A DNA stretch of 64,000 bases, taken from assembly GCA_031385045.1 (NCBI GenBank), contig JANNBC010000013.1:32001-96000 (forward strand), written 5' to 3'. The number at the start of each line of letters is the position of its first letter. Position 1 is the stretch's first letter. The position numbers were made by a program, and so were the translations under genes. This document shows positions 36,019-46,111 of this stretch, piece after piece. The notes under the pieces were generated by a model. It was not told the origin of the DNA, did no database searches, and was given only the letters and a program-made list of their open reading frames with translations. The DNA comes from a bacterium. Its GTDB lineage: Bacteria > Bdellovibrionota_C > UBA2361 > CALJRW01.

Positions 36019-38508
36019 CTAAGGAAGTGCCCGACAAACACTTTGAGTTGACTGCTTAGCACCACGCTGCCCCTTAAATTCTAAGTTAATAGTTCCTAAG
36101 GTGACTCCATCTTTAGAAAATTGATAGGCAAGATCATATTTCCCCCGCACTCTCGGAATTAGCTTGCCAACTCTTCTAGCCTTATTAAGTAAGCTTATCT
36201 TTTTTGTTTTTGCACATAACTGCTGATCTACACTTACTTGATAGGTAAGTTCCGTATTAAAGCTAACAGAATTTAATGGAGTAATTTTTAAAACTGCTCG
36301 GTGTGCCGAGCTAAACTTATTGCTTACAACCTTTCCATTACTTTTTGAAAACGCGGAGAATTGATAGCGTGCAGTTGGAGTATAAGGGATCCCCTTCCAC
36401 TTACTAAGTAATTTACGTAAAGCCTCGGGTGAATTTTCTGGAGGAAGATTTCCTAATTGATCGAGTTGATTGACCCCATGACAAGATCCACAAACCCGAA
36501 TCTCACCAGCTTGAAAAGTTAACCAGTAACGCTCTTTTACTACAGACCCACCCTGAGGATCAGTTAAATGCCAAGTGAGTGCCCGACTTGCAGGAACAAT
36601 TGCGGCGACAGATCCATCTTCGGCAATCTCCACACTGCCTACTTGCTGACCAGAAATATTTGCCGAACTAGAATCACGCATTGGCTGCGCCAACACTCGC
36701 CTTCCAGCCGTAGGCTGATCATGATTTGCATAACCTCTAATTTGATCTCCCTGAAAAATCTGCATCTCACTTAGATCATACACTCGACCAGCATTAGCAA
36801 TACTTTCAATGCCATTCACAACTCTCAAATTGTAAGGTTGCTGTTCATCACTCTGATCGCGCGAAGTAACATTGCGCACAATAATCAAAGCTAATTGTTG
36901 ATCTAATAAATAATTACGAAAATCTTCTAAAGCCACATTCTCATCAGCAAAAACTTGCCCCTCGATCGGAGATAGCGCAGCATGTGTTAGTGGAGGACGA
37001 ACCTTGGCAATTAATTCTACAGGTTGAAGCTCCCAAAGATTCCCATTGTAAGAAGTTAAAACATCAGGACTATACCAAGTTATGTTCTTAGCAATTCCGG
37101 CAGTTAATACTTGAATCGGTCGATAATAACCGCCAACATTACCTAAGACTTTAATTCGATAATCATATCGCGATGCTGGTGAATTTCCAGTCCCAATATT
37201 ATCATCTTCTCTTGTCTCTCCAGTATGAGCACTAACTAAACTACCATCAGTAAGCTTTACTGGATCACGATATAAACCCGAATGATCAGGTGATGGTGTA
37301 TCAGTATAACTTGAAGTACTACGATGTGTTACATAATTCACACTAATTAAATTAGCACTCATACTTGGCGGAGCCTCTAAGCTAACGATTTGACCACTAG
37401 CATGAGTACTAAATTCAGGACAATCAATTCCATAATATTTCCCAGGTTTGGTCGGGTCTTCTTTGATTTGAAAAAAATTCTCAATTGGACTTTGATTAGA
37501 ACGATTAAAACCTTCCCCTGAAAAATCTTCTAGCTCATCATCATCCAAGAATGATTTTGGAAAATAATTATGTAGTTCATGACGCCCGATATGATTAAGT
37601 GTCTCCATCTCAGAGCCATCTTGATTTAGCATCCAAGGAAAAAATTGATTAAAGCTGTGTAAATTAAGATTTTGGCTTCCCTCATCAAGTCGCTCTTTTT
37701 CATTCCGCGCCTCAGGGAAAAATTCTTGTTGAGAATTAATTCTTTCGGCATTGCTGTCTTCCGATGAATAATTAAACGCGCCGTATGATGTTAACCCGCC
37801 AGCTTGCTGATCTCGTTGTAGGTGATCCCAGCGTGTAAAAATTATTCGACCAAAACTATCAAGCGTCGGATGAAAATCACCAGATGGAGCATGATCCATC
37901 AAAACTAAAGCCCCAGTACTTGGATTTAATTTCCAAATACCAGTGTTTGTTGGTGCAGATTCATACTCATCTCTTTGTGGGTAAAGATGCCTCTCCCCGT
38001 TCCTTGGCCGATCCGTAACAAATATTATCTGATCATCACTACTATAAATCGGCATGACATTATTAAATGCCACTGGCTGATTAGGAACTTTAGTAATTAC
38101 TGGTGTTTGATTTTTTCCCAAACCAGTAATTTCATATATTTGCCAATAATAACTATTAACTTGATACTGACTTGTGGCAGAGCCAATTACCATACTAAAG
38201 ATAACTTTATTCCCATCCCAATGCACAGCAGGATCGCGCACAGCAATAGCAGAATCACCCTGAAAGCTATCACTGCCATAGCCAGCACTCTTCGTTAAGT
38301 TCTTTAAGGTTCCGTCTTGATATCGAATATACAGATCTCCACCTCTAGGAATCTGATCAAGCCCAGCTAAGTGATTTCCAAAAGTAGCATTAACCGTAAT
38401 AAAATCATTCGGATTAGGAATCTGTGTCACAAACACAATATCAGCATTTGGCTCAGAACTAACCAAGGCTGGAATTAGAATAAAAACTAGGGACAGAAAC
38501 AATCTCAT
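36019..38508 (-). CDS. Secreted HzsA-related (hydrazine synthase alpha-like) beta-propeller protein with one c-type heme motif
   Basis: Signal peptide, DPAVHWDGNKVIFSM, GRIIFTRW, DGSVAAIVPA, FQAGEIRVCGSCHG (CxxCH). Confidence 0.72.
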   Translation of the reverse strand: MRLFLSLVFILIPALVSSEPNADIVFVTQIPNPNDFITVNATFGNHLAGLDQIPRGGDLYIRYQDGTLKNLTKSAGYGSDSFQGDSAIAVRDPAVHWDGNKVIFSMVIGSATSQYQVNSYYWQIYEITGLGKNQTPVITKVPNQPVAFNNVMPIYSSDDQIIFVTDRPRNGERHLYPQRDEYESAPTNTGIWKLNPSTGALVLMDHAPSGDFHPTLDSFGRIIFTRWDHLQRDQQAGGLTSYGAFNYSSEDSNAERINSQQEFFPEARNEKERLDEGSQNLNLHSFNQFFPWMLNQDGSEMETLNHIGRHELHNYFPKSFLDDDELEDFSGEGFNRSNQSPIENFFQIKEDPTKPGKYYGIDCPEFSTHASGQIVSLEAPPSMSANLISVNYVTHRSTSSYTDTPSPDHSGLYRDPVKLTDGSLVSAHTGETREDDNIGTGNSPASRYDYRIKVLGNVGGYYRPIQVLTAGIAKNITWYSPDVLTSYNGNLWELQPVELIAKVRPPLTHAALSPIEGQVFADENVALEDFRNYLLDQQLALIIVRNVTSRDQSDEQQPYNLRVVNGIESIANAGRVYDLSEMQIFQGDQIRGYANHDQPTAGRRVLAQPMRDSSSANISGQQVGSVEIAEDGSVAAIVPASRALTWHLTDPQGGSVVKERYWLTFQAGEIRVCGSCHGVNQLDQLGNLPPENSPEALRKLLSKWKGIPYTPTARYQFSAFSKSNGKVVSNKFSSAHRAVLKITPLNSVSFNTELTYQVSVDQQLCAKTKKISLLNKARRVGKLIPRVRGKYDLAYQFSKDGVTLGTINLEFKGQRGAKQSTQSVCRALP

Positions 38509-38517
38509 TCAAGAAGT

Positions 38518-38545
38518 TCTTCGGCAATTTTTCTGAGAAACTGTA
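38518..38545 (-). promoter_or_regulatory. Putative sigma28-type promoter for the HzsA-like gene
   Basis: Minus strand TACAG-N15-GCCGAAGA, 9 nt before the ATG. Confidence 0.45.
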
Positions 38546-38615
38546 AGGTTAAGCCCTAAGATTTAGCTCTATTAAGTTAATTGGATTTAAATTATAAGTA
38601 TTAACAAATACTTAT

Positions 38616-38812
38616 GTAGCCGTTCACGTGCTAGGTAAAAGTCTTTTGCCAAGATGCTCAAAGAAAGCAGATCCAGCTATTTCTTTGTCAAAATCTGAAC
38701 GATTTTGTCCAGTGGTGTGAACGGCTAGTCGTCTCCACCCCCAATTTACTTCGTAAATTGACCCCTTAAAGGGGATTTGATCTTTCTTTATATTGACTAC
38801 CTGAACGCTTAC
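38616..38812. mobile_element. 197-bp non-autonomous MITE with 8-bp target site duplication
   Basis: TIRs GTAGCCGTTCA / TGAACGCTTAC (9/11 match); flanking direct repeat ATACTTAT at 38608-38615 and 38813-38820; internal hairpins; no ORF. Confidence 0.82.
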
Positions 38813-38824
38813 ATACTTATTTAA

Positions 38825-39760
38825 CTATTCGGCTATCTGCTTAATAGTTAGCATGCTTTTCCCTGTCTCCTGATCTCGGATTTCCAGTGTCTCAACATCC
38901 TGATAATCAGCGACACGGGATGTTTGCTCCCGAAGACTTCCAATGAATTTTTGCTTAGCAAACTCTGGCATCATCTCTACTGGGAAATCTTTAAAAGTAA
39001 TAATCAGCTTCGAACCTTCCTTAGCGATAGTTTGAAATTTGCTAGAAGTAATCTCATTATTTTGCAAATAATCAAGCAAGGCATTCTCAGACACTGGACG
39101 ATCCAAGGAATTTAAAAAAACCATAAAACGAGAACGCCCTTCTTCATCTGGTGCATTCTTTAAGGCAAGCTCCCCAACCTTCTTAGCTTCATCTTTTTGA
39201 TCTGTCTGAGCCAAGGCAATTGCTTTGTAAGCTAATGCTGAAAAATTATTAGCATCTTTCTGTAAAACAATCTCAATCTCTTTTAAGCCCGCCTCATGCT
39301 GATTTAAAAAAATCAAACAACTAGCGTAACGACTTCGCACTTCTAAATCATCCGGAACAAGATTTAGATACTGCTGATAGTATTCACCAGCTTTAGAAAA
39401 CACCTTACTCTCAAAAGAAACATTCGCCAGCTCAAGTAACGCATATTTATTTTTAGGATCAACTTTTAAAATCTTTGTCAGCGTATCTATTAATTCAAAA
39501 ATTAAATTTCGATCTCGAGTAGCAATAACTTTACCCTTTAAAACTTCGGCTAACTGCTCTAGTACAACAACATCCTCAGGACTAGCTTCCACCTTCCCAC
39601 GTAAATCTTTTAGCTCTGGAAAATTATGATTAACCTCAGGCGAGTGCTGTGGAACAAACTCTTTTGTCGGTGGTTTTCCTATGAAACTAGGCGCTAAGTA
39701 GTATGCCCCACCAGCAATTATTAAGACTGGAATAATTAATAAAATCTTTTTAGGAAACAT
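38825..39760 (-). CDS. Membrane-anchored TPR protein
   Basis: N-terminal TM and several TPR-like repeats (LKVDPKNKYAL, YLNLVPDDLEVR, LQKDANNFSAL). Confidence 0.82.
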   Translation of the reverse strand: MFPKKILLIIPVLIIAGGAYYLAPSFIGKPPTKEFVPQHSPEVNHNFPELKDLRGKVEASPEDVVVLEQLAEVLKGKVIATRDRNLIFELIDTLTKILKVDPKNKYALLELANVSFESKVFSKAGEYYQQYLNLVPDDLEVRSRYASCLIFLNQHEAGLKEIEIVLQKDANNFSALAYKAIALAQTDQKDEAKKVGELALKNAPDEEGRSRFMVFLNSLDRPVSENALLDYLQNNEITSSKFQTIAKEGSKLIITFKDFPVEMMPEFAKQKFIGSLREQTSRVADYQDVETLEIRDQETGKSMLTIKQIAE

Positions 39761-39770
39761 AATTTATAAT

Positions 39771-40925
39771 TTAAAATAACTTAGAAAAACTCTCAATAAC
39801 ACTATCTGCAATTTCTTGACCACGCATAGTTAAGGCAAACCCAGTTGTTGTCATCACAAGCAAATCATCACTCACTAAACTTTGAAGGTGTTGCTTAAAA
39901 TTTGGCTCGGTACTTAACATACCCAATTGTTCTAATTTAGAAAATTCCACCCCCTGACTAGTTCTAAGGCCCAGCATAATATAATCAAAAGCTACTCCAG
40001 CAGTACTAAGCTCCTCCTCCCAAGCAACTACCGGCTTAGAATTTATGATTGCCTCAATATAACTTTGATAATCTGCTAAGTTAGAGTAACGCTTAGATCT
40101 TTCTCCACTACGCCAACAACCATGCGCACCAGCCCCAAAACCTAAATAAGAATTATTTTGCCAATAATTTTGATTATGCCGGGACTCGCTTCCGGGAATT
40201 CCAAAGTTACTAATTTCATAATGATGATAACCAGCAAGCTTTAATCTTTCTCTAATTAACTGATACATGGCAAGCTTCTGATCTTCATCAACAATTTTTA
40301 AATTCCCTCGTTCGTTAGCCGTGAAAAACGGAGTTCCCTTTTCAATTGTTAACTCATAACAAGAAATATGAGGGAGGTTAAGCGCTAAGTAATCATTCAA
40401 ATCCTGCTCTAAATCTGGAAAACTTTGATTCGGCGCAGCAAACATTAAATCTAAACTAATATTCTGAAATCCGGCATCCTTAGCAAAACTTACTGCTTGA
40501 TAGATATCAGCCGCTTGATGCTTTCTGCCCAGCGCTAACAATGTCTTGTTGTTAAGCGACTGTGCTCCCAAGCTTAAGCGATTAACGCCTGCTTCAAAAT
40601 AATTTTGCAATTTATCTAATTCAATTTCTTTGGGGTTAGCCTCAATAGTAATTTCTAAATTTGACTCGATCAAACAATTAGTTTTGATCAGATCTAAAAT
40701 CGATCTAATTGCTTGCCCCGAAAAGATACCAGGGGTTCCACCACCAAAATAAATACTAGTTAACTTTTGATCTTTTACCCTATCAGACTTAAGCCCCGCC
40801 TCTATCTCCTTTAGCAAGGCCTGCAAGTACGCCTCCTCTGGCACACGACTAAGCGCATAAGTATTAAAGTCGCAGTAAGGACATTTATAGCTACAAAATG
40901 GAATGTGAATATAGATAGAAAACAA
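39771..40925 (-). CDS. hemW: Radical SAM heme chaperone HemW
   Basis: IYIHIPFCSYKCPYCDFN, YFGGGTP, YEISNF, HNQNYW, YLGFGAGAHG. Confidence 0.93.
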   Translation of the reverse strand: MFSIYIHIPFCSYKCPYCDFNTYALSRVPEEAYLQALLKEIEAGLKSDRVKDQKLTSIYFGGGTPGIFSGQAIRSILDLIKTNCLIESNLEITIEANPKEIELDKLQNYFEAGVNRLSLGAQSLNNKTLLALGRKHQAADIYQAVSFAKDAGFQNISLDLMFAAPNQSFPDLEQDLNDYLALNLPHISCYELTIEKGTPFFTANERGNLKIVDEDQKLAMYQLIRERLKLAGYHHYEISNFGIPGSESRHNQNYWQNNSYLGFGAGAHGCWRSGERSKRYSNLADYQSYIEAIINSKPVVAWEEELSTAGVAFDYIMLGLRTSQGVEFSKLEQLGMLSTEPNFKQHLQSLVSDDLLVMTTTGFALTMRGQEIADSVIESFSKLF

Positions 40926-40938
40926 AATAGGTGTGTAA

Positions 40939-42318
40939 TTAATTGAACGGTATCATTACCCTAAATTCACTTCCCTTTCCAGTTTCTGAATAAATTTCCA
41001 ACTTACCTGAATTTAGCTCAATTAAAAGCTTAGTAATTGCCAAACCTAAACCCACTCCCTCAATTTCCTGATCTGAAAAACGAACAAATGGCCGACAAAT
41101 TTTATTTAATTGCTCGCTTGATAAACCTAGTCCCGAATCTGTAATACTAACCTGACAAAAATCTCCTAAATCCTGAAACCTAAGAGTAACATTACCCTGT
41201 GGAGTATATTTAATTGCATTCCCAATTAAATTACTAAAAATTCTTTTTAGATGACGTCGGTCGGCTACAACCATCAGATCTTTTAGTGGATACTCAAAGT
41301 TTAGCTCTAATGATTTGAGCTTAGCATCAAATTGATAAACTCGTTCAAGTTCATGAAACAACTCAGTTAAAGGAATATTTTCTAAAGTCGGAGACAAATT
41401 ACCGGCACGATACTTAGCCACACTTAGTAAATCCTCAATCAATTCAGTTAAAATTCTAATATTTGCGTCAGCCATAGACAATAACTCTGCGCCATCTCCA
41501 GCAATTAAATTATTATCCTGAAGGCAGGTATTAATTGCTTGTAAATTGTTTATTGGAGATCTTAAGTCATGAGACAAACCGGAAATTAGCTTTCCTTTAT
41601 AAATATTATTATGACGACTCCTAGCGATCTTCCCATGTAATCCTTGAATCTGTTGTTTTTGAAAATATTGGGCAAAAAACTCTCGAGCAAAACTTTTAGC
41701 TGCGATCATTCTTTGGAGCGTCAGTGTTTCATTGCTATTAAATCCAAACCACAAGGCGTAAGAGCTTAAATTGTTAACTTCTGGAGACATCTCCAGAGAT
41801 TGTCGAAACAAAATCTGGATTTCATACTTATGAAAACTTGAATAAATAACTGAATCTAATTCAAAAGTACTATCCGCCTCTGTTGATTGATCAAGAAGAC
41901 TTAACTCCTTAGTAAATATTTTTTTAATTTTTTCATTACTATTTAAGTTTCCTCCAACTTCTAAAACCTCTACACCATTATCTCCAGATCTAGTCAAAAT
42001 AACCAGCTGAGCAACACTTTCATTTAGGCTTAAATAATCTGAGCGATCGGCTACTAGAGATTTATGAACAGGTAGTCCTTTTTCGATCTCCAAATCAATG
42101 AATACAGATATTTTATTTAATAGGCCCACAAAAAGCGTCCTCATTTCAGTCCTACGTTGTTTAATTACTAAATTAGGATCTAAATAGCTTAAACAGTTAC
42201 TGACCTCATTTTTTAAGATACGGTATTTTTGATCAATCCAAAGCAAGATTAATGATAAAATTATCACCACTGGGATGCTTACCATGGAGAGCAAGTCTGC
42301 CCTTAGCAACTCAAACAT
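40939..42318 (-). CDS. Sensor histidine kinase
   Basis: SHDLRSP H-box, NLIGNAIKYT, DSGLG, GVGLGL, GKGSEF. Confidence 0.93.
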   Translation of the reverse strand: MFELLRADLLSMVSIPVVIILSLILLWIDQKYRILKNEVSNCLSYLDPNLVIKQRRTEMRTLFVGLLNKISVFIDLEIEKGLPVHKSLVADRSDYLSLNESVAQLVILTRSGDNGVEVLEVGGNLNSNEKIKKIFTKELSLLDQSTEADSTFELDSVIYSSFHKYEIQILFRQSLEMSPEVNNLSSYALWFGFNSNETLTLQRMIAAKSFAREFFAQYFQKQQIQGLHGKIARSRHNNIYKGKLISGLSHDLRSPINNLQAINTCLQDNNLIAGDGAELLSMADANIRILTELIEDLLSVAKYRAGNLSPTLENIPLTELFHELERVYQFDAKLKSLELNFEYPLKDLMVVADRRHLKRIFSNLIGNAIKYTPQGNVTLRFQDLGDFCQVSITDSGLGLSSEQLNKICRPFVRFSDQEIEGVGLGLAITKLLIELNSGKLEIYSETGKGSEFRVMIPFN

Positions 42319-43531
42319 TCTTAGAATCTAAAATTAAACTTTGATTTTTTTTGTTAATCAAAGATTGTAATTGAACGGCAATCAACCTCGGGTCCTCATC
42401 TTTACCAATATAAGCATCTACGCCTTTTTGAAATAATTGAATTTTTTGATCAACATTTTTTTCCGAGGTTAAAAAAACGAATGGAGTAGCGCGGTAGCGA
42501 TCTATTTGACGAACAGAATTTAAAACATCTTCCCCGTTTAAATCTGGCATATGTAGATCGCAAACAATTAAATCAATAGGCTTCTTTGTTCGTCTTAGAT
42601 AGTTAATGGCAGCCCGAGGAATTACAAAATCTTTAAATTGAAATTGACTATTAGCTAAATATTTCTTTAGGACAGTTGTAAAAATACTACTATCGTCAAT
42701 TAACAAAACGTTACTTAAGCCTTTTGGGGCAGAATCATTCAATAATGACTCGGCAGGAGGATCTATTGCCGATTTTTTTATTGAATGAGATTTGATTTTC
42801 AATAATTGTTTTTCACAATCAAAACTGTATGCTAGATTTACGTAACCAACTTGATCTAAAATAAAACTAATACTGACATCTCCCCTTCTAGTAAGTTCCT
42901 TTAACCTTTCCCAAAAATAACTAGAAGTTACTCCTAAAGCATCAAGATCTGCTGGCTCTAAAAAATCTGCTATCAAAGATTCATCCAACTGAAGATTTTC
43001 AAGATTAGAATTACTTAACTCTTCTGCTATCCGAAGCATTAATTTTTCAAAAACCTGTTGTAACTTATGCTCTACTTTCTCCTTTTCTATAAGCCTACTT
43101 TCATAAAATTTCCAAGCGCTAGAAATCTCCGACCAACGTCCTAAGTATATTGGAAAATTATCAAATATTCCCAAGCAATTTTTAGCCACTAAAGGATCAA
43201 CCGCCCAGATTGCACAAACTTGATTACCGCGAATAATTGGAAATGCCCCTAATCGTTCTAAGCGACCCAAGGGTAATTGAGCCATTAATCCCAAAGGAAA
43301 CTCCAAAGTTGGATTTAAATACAAAGGAAATCTGATTCGATTAGATAATTTCTTGAAAAACTTCTCAGGAAGCCAATTTAACATCTTCAATGCTTGATCG
43401 CTCAATTCTCGAGGATCACACCCTGATTCAGCTAGTTTCTGCAGTCGCTTTTTAGAAAAATAACTAGGTAGAACATCCACGACACTCTTGGCTTCTAAAT
43501 CCTTAAACAGAAAACTCAATAGGCGCTTCAT
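42311..43531 (-). CDS. Response regulator with C-terminal receiver and GspE/PilB-N-like N-terminal region
   Basis: VLLIDDS, CDLHMPDLNG, FLTS, YIGK; the N-terminal RLGAFPII...WAVDPL resembles the T2SSE_N domain (weak). Confidence 0.8.
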   Translation of the reverse strand: MKRLLSFLFKDLEAKSVVDVLPSYFSKKRLQKLAESGCDPRELSDQALKMLNWLPEKFFKKLSNRIRFPLYLNPTLEFPLGLMAQLPLGRLERLGAFPIIRGNQVCAIWAVDPLVAKNCLGIFDNFPIYLGRWSEISSAWKFYESRLIEKEKVEHKLQQVFEKLMLRIAEELSNSNLENLQLDESLIADFLEPADLDALGVTSSYFWERLKELTRRGDVSISFILDQVGYVNLAYSFDCEKQLLKIKSHSIKKSAIDPPAESLLNDSAPKGLSNVLLIDDSSIFTTVLKKYLANSQFQFKDFVIPRAAINYLRRTKKPIDLIVCDLHMPDLNGEDVLNSVRQIDRYRATPFVFLTSEKNVDQKIQLFQKGVDAYIGKDEDPRLIAVQLQSLINKKNQSLILDSKNV

Positions 43532-43533
43532 GA

Positions 43534-44103
43534 TTAAATTTTAATTATTCTTTCCAAATATATCTCTGACTCTAGTCCAAAAAAGTCTAAGAAATTTACT
43601 AGCGATCGCTCTGGTTTAATTAATAATCGAAGAACTAAGAACTTTGTTGCCAATTTTTCTTTCACAAATGAATTAAGAAATTTCTTAGCTTGATATTCTG
43701 AATAGCGATAATCGGATGTCGGAGTTAATTCACTCGCCAATATTTCTAAAATAGATTTAGCATAATGATTTGAAAAACTTCCTATACTACCAGCAGTCAA
43801 TTCTTGATTAGCACTTACGTAGCCTTGATATTCAATCAAATTTAAAGCCATAAAATACTGTTTCGAAATATTATTCTTTAAAAACGCTTCCAACTTTTCG
43901 ATTAGGGCTCGAAGGTTCTCTTGATCATTCGTATCATCAAAATTAGCTTGTAAATCAACAAAACGATTTTCAACGATACTACTAACTTCTTGAAATAAAT
44001 TGGATCTTTGAAGACTACCTGAGACCACTCCAATCATACTCAACATGAATGCCACAGCAATCGTTGATTCAATCAAAGCCCAACCTTTATTTGGATAAAA
44101 CAT
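43534..44103 (-). CDS. TadE-like pseudopilin
   Basis: KG|WALIE class III signal; Tad operon context. Confidence 0.7.
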   Translation of the reverse strand: MFYPNKGWALIESTIAVAFMLSMIGVVSGSLQRSNLFQEVSSIVENRFVDLQANFDDTNDQENLRALIEKLEAFLKNNISKQYFMALNLIEYQGYVSANQELTAGSIGSFSNHYAKSILEILASELTPTSDYRYSEYQAKKFLNSFVKEKLATKFLVLRLLIKPERSLVNFLDFFGLESEIYLERIIKI

Positions 44104-45307
44104 AGTTTTGCCTAGCTTGAATAAAGTTATTTACAAAATGACTTAGCTCTTGTTGATCATTAAGTATTAAATTTTCTAATAAAATTTTAGATGAAAACCT
44201 ATCTACCGCCTTAGTTAAGACTTCCTGCCATCGATAATCATCTAGATTTATTTGTTGCTTAATTATTAAATAATAAAAATTAATTTTTTCTCCTTCCGGG
44301 ATAATACTAGCTATTTTTTCAAAGCGACTCTCTAACTGGGTTCTCAGGCTATCTTGATCGAAGTTTTGAGGTGGCTGACTTGCAACAATAATAATTTTTT
44401 GATTTGTTTGAGAATTAATATTTTCAACTAATCGCTTAAAAATCTGCTCTAAAGCTAATGGTAAATTAAAAGTAAATTTATCTTGGCCTAACCCCCAGAC
44501 GATCTCTGAGACCGTTCGGCTAGTCAGATATTCAGGTCGAAGTTTCCCTGTATTTAAATCTACAATTTGCTCTGTAAAATTAGATGAAAATGGAAACTGA
44601 TAATTTGCCTCTAGCAACTCGTTCCAAGCAGCCGCTGAACAATAATCAAAATTATCACCATAAGCCCCTGCTTTGATTGGTAATAAGCCTACTGAATTCT
44701 TATTACTCCCCCAGATAGTAAGCTCCCCTTGTTGATTTACTTGATAATGATTAACTATTTCTAAAGCGACTAATTTCATTAAGTTAAAATCCTGATTAAA
44801 ACATTGCCGAGTTAAGCTGTGAGCATCAGACGCATAATCATGATATAAGTTGAAATAAGAATCTATAAACTGGGCAGTCGGCCAATTCTCATATTCTTCT
44901 GGAGTAACTTTGCTTGCTAGATCAATGATTAAATTGATACTTTGTTTGCGAACTTCAGCCTGACTAGCAACTCGAAGTGGAATTTTTAAATCTAAAAAAT
45001 AATCAGCAAAATTTAGTTGATAATCTGAGTTATACCTAAGCGTCACTTGATTATCATTAAACTCTACAGCGGTTTGATTAAAATCAATTTGCTTTGACTT
45101 AAGATAATTATTGACTACTTCCTGTGCCTGAAAATAGTCAGGTAGGTTTTTAATTGCTAACATTACAGCTCGATCTAAATGTTGCTGAATAAGCTGTTGT
45201 CGATAATAGAACTCTGATATTCCAATTGTTGTAAGTGAAATCAACATTAGAATCGGTAGTAGAATAATCGCAAGAATTAATGTAAAACTACCTTTTGCGG
45301 AGTTCAA
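44087..45307 (-). CDS. TadG-like pseudopilin/adhesin
   Basis: KG|SFTLILAIILLP, QQHLDRAVM, followed by a degenerate vWA-like region. Confidence 0.75.
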   Translation of the reverse strand: MNSAKGSFTLILAIILLPILMLISLTTIGISEFYYRQQLIQQHLDRAVMLAIKNLPDYFQAQEVVNNYLKSKQIDFNQTAVEFNDNQVTLRYNSDYQLNFADYFLDLKIPLRVASQAEVRKQSINLIIDLASKVTPEEYENWPTAQFIDSYFNLYHDYASDAHSLTRQCFNQDFNLMKLVALEIVNHYQVNQQGELTIWGSNKNSVGLLPIKAGAYGDNFDYCSAAAWNELLEANYQFPFSSNFTEQIVDLNTGKLRPEYLTSRTVSEIVWGLGQDKFTFNLPLALEQIFKRLVENINSQTNQKIIIVASQPPQNFDQDSLRTQLESRFEKIASIIPEGEKINFYYLIIKQQINLDDYRWQEVLTKAVDRFSSKILLENLILNDQQELSHFVNNFIQARQNYVLSK

Positions 45308-46110
45308 ATTCTTCCTCCATTTGTTAAAGTAATAACTTCTAAGACTGGCGGTGTTACGAATAGAATAATTAATCCAGCAAATAATAATAGTAATGGAATT
45401 GTTGCCTTAACTGGCAATTTCGCAATTCGCTCCTCAACTAATTCTTGATATTGCAACTGAGTAGCATCACTGAGCTCCCGTAATGGAACGATTAACTCAC
45501 CACCTTGCTCATAGGCTAGAGCTAAATGAATTAGGGAATGTCTAACAGCAGCAACTGGGCACTCCGCGCTTACCTCTCGTAAGCTTTGAGTGAAAGTCAG
45601 GCCCTGCTCAGTACAATCTAAAACCTTAGCAAACATTTTCAGCAAAGAATTTTTCGAACTACCTATGTCAGAATCTTGAGTAACTATTAGTTTTAAACCT
45701 GAAATAACATCCTGCCCTGATTCTATTGTCATCATTAATCTTTCCATCATCAGTGGTAACGCATACTGAAAACTAAGGTTTATTTTTTCTTTTCTCTGAC
45801 TTATTAGGTAAGATCTGAGGAAAATCAGTAACGATCCAGCAATTATGAATATTATTGCAACCTTTTTATAATCTAAGAAATCTCTTACTCCACAAATTAT
45901 CACTAATAAAAATATAAAAACCCAAATTAGTTTGTGATTTACCAAAGAAACTATTTTTCGTGAACCTTGCTTGAGAATTTTTAAAGATGACTGTTCGCTA
46001 ATTAAATCCAATAAAACTATTCTAGGACTTCTAGTTGTTTGTAGAAATAATGCCCAAGTTGATAAGAGCATCACTGCAATAGCGATACTTAGAATAAAAC
46101 TTCCATCCAT
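45304..46110 (-). CDS. tadC: Tad pilus inner-membrane platform TadC (T2SSF domain)
   Basis: LPLMMERL..IESG, EQGG, EERIAKLPVKATIPL. Confidence 0.85.
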   Translation of the reverse strand: MDGSFILSIAIAVMLLSTWALFLQTTRSPRIVLLDLISEQSSLKILKQGSRKIVSLVNHKLIWVFIFLLVIICGVRDFLDYKKVAIIFIIAGSLLIFLRSYLISQRKEKINLSFQYALPLMMERLMMTIESGQDVISGLKLIVTQDSDIGSSKNSLLKMFAKVLDCTEQGLTFTQSLREVSAECPVAAVRHSLIHLALAYEQGGELIVPLRELSDATQLQYQELVEERIAKLPVKATIPLLLLFAGLIILFVTPPVLEVITLTNGGRI

Positions 46111-46111
46111 A

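Noticed and set aside
36019..38508. Anammox hydrazine synthase
   Set aside because: No beta/gamma subunits or anammox context, and only one CxxCH.
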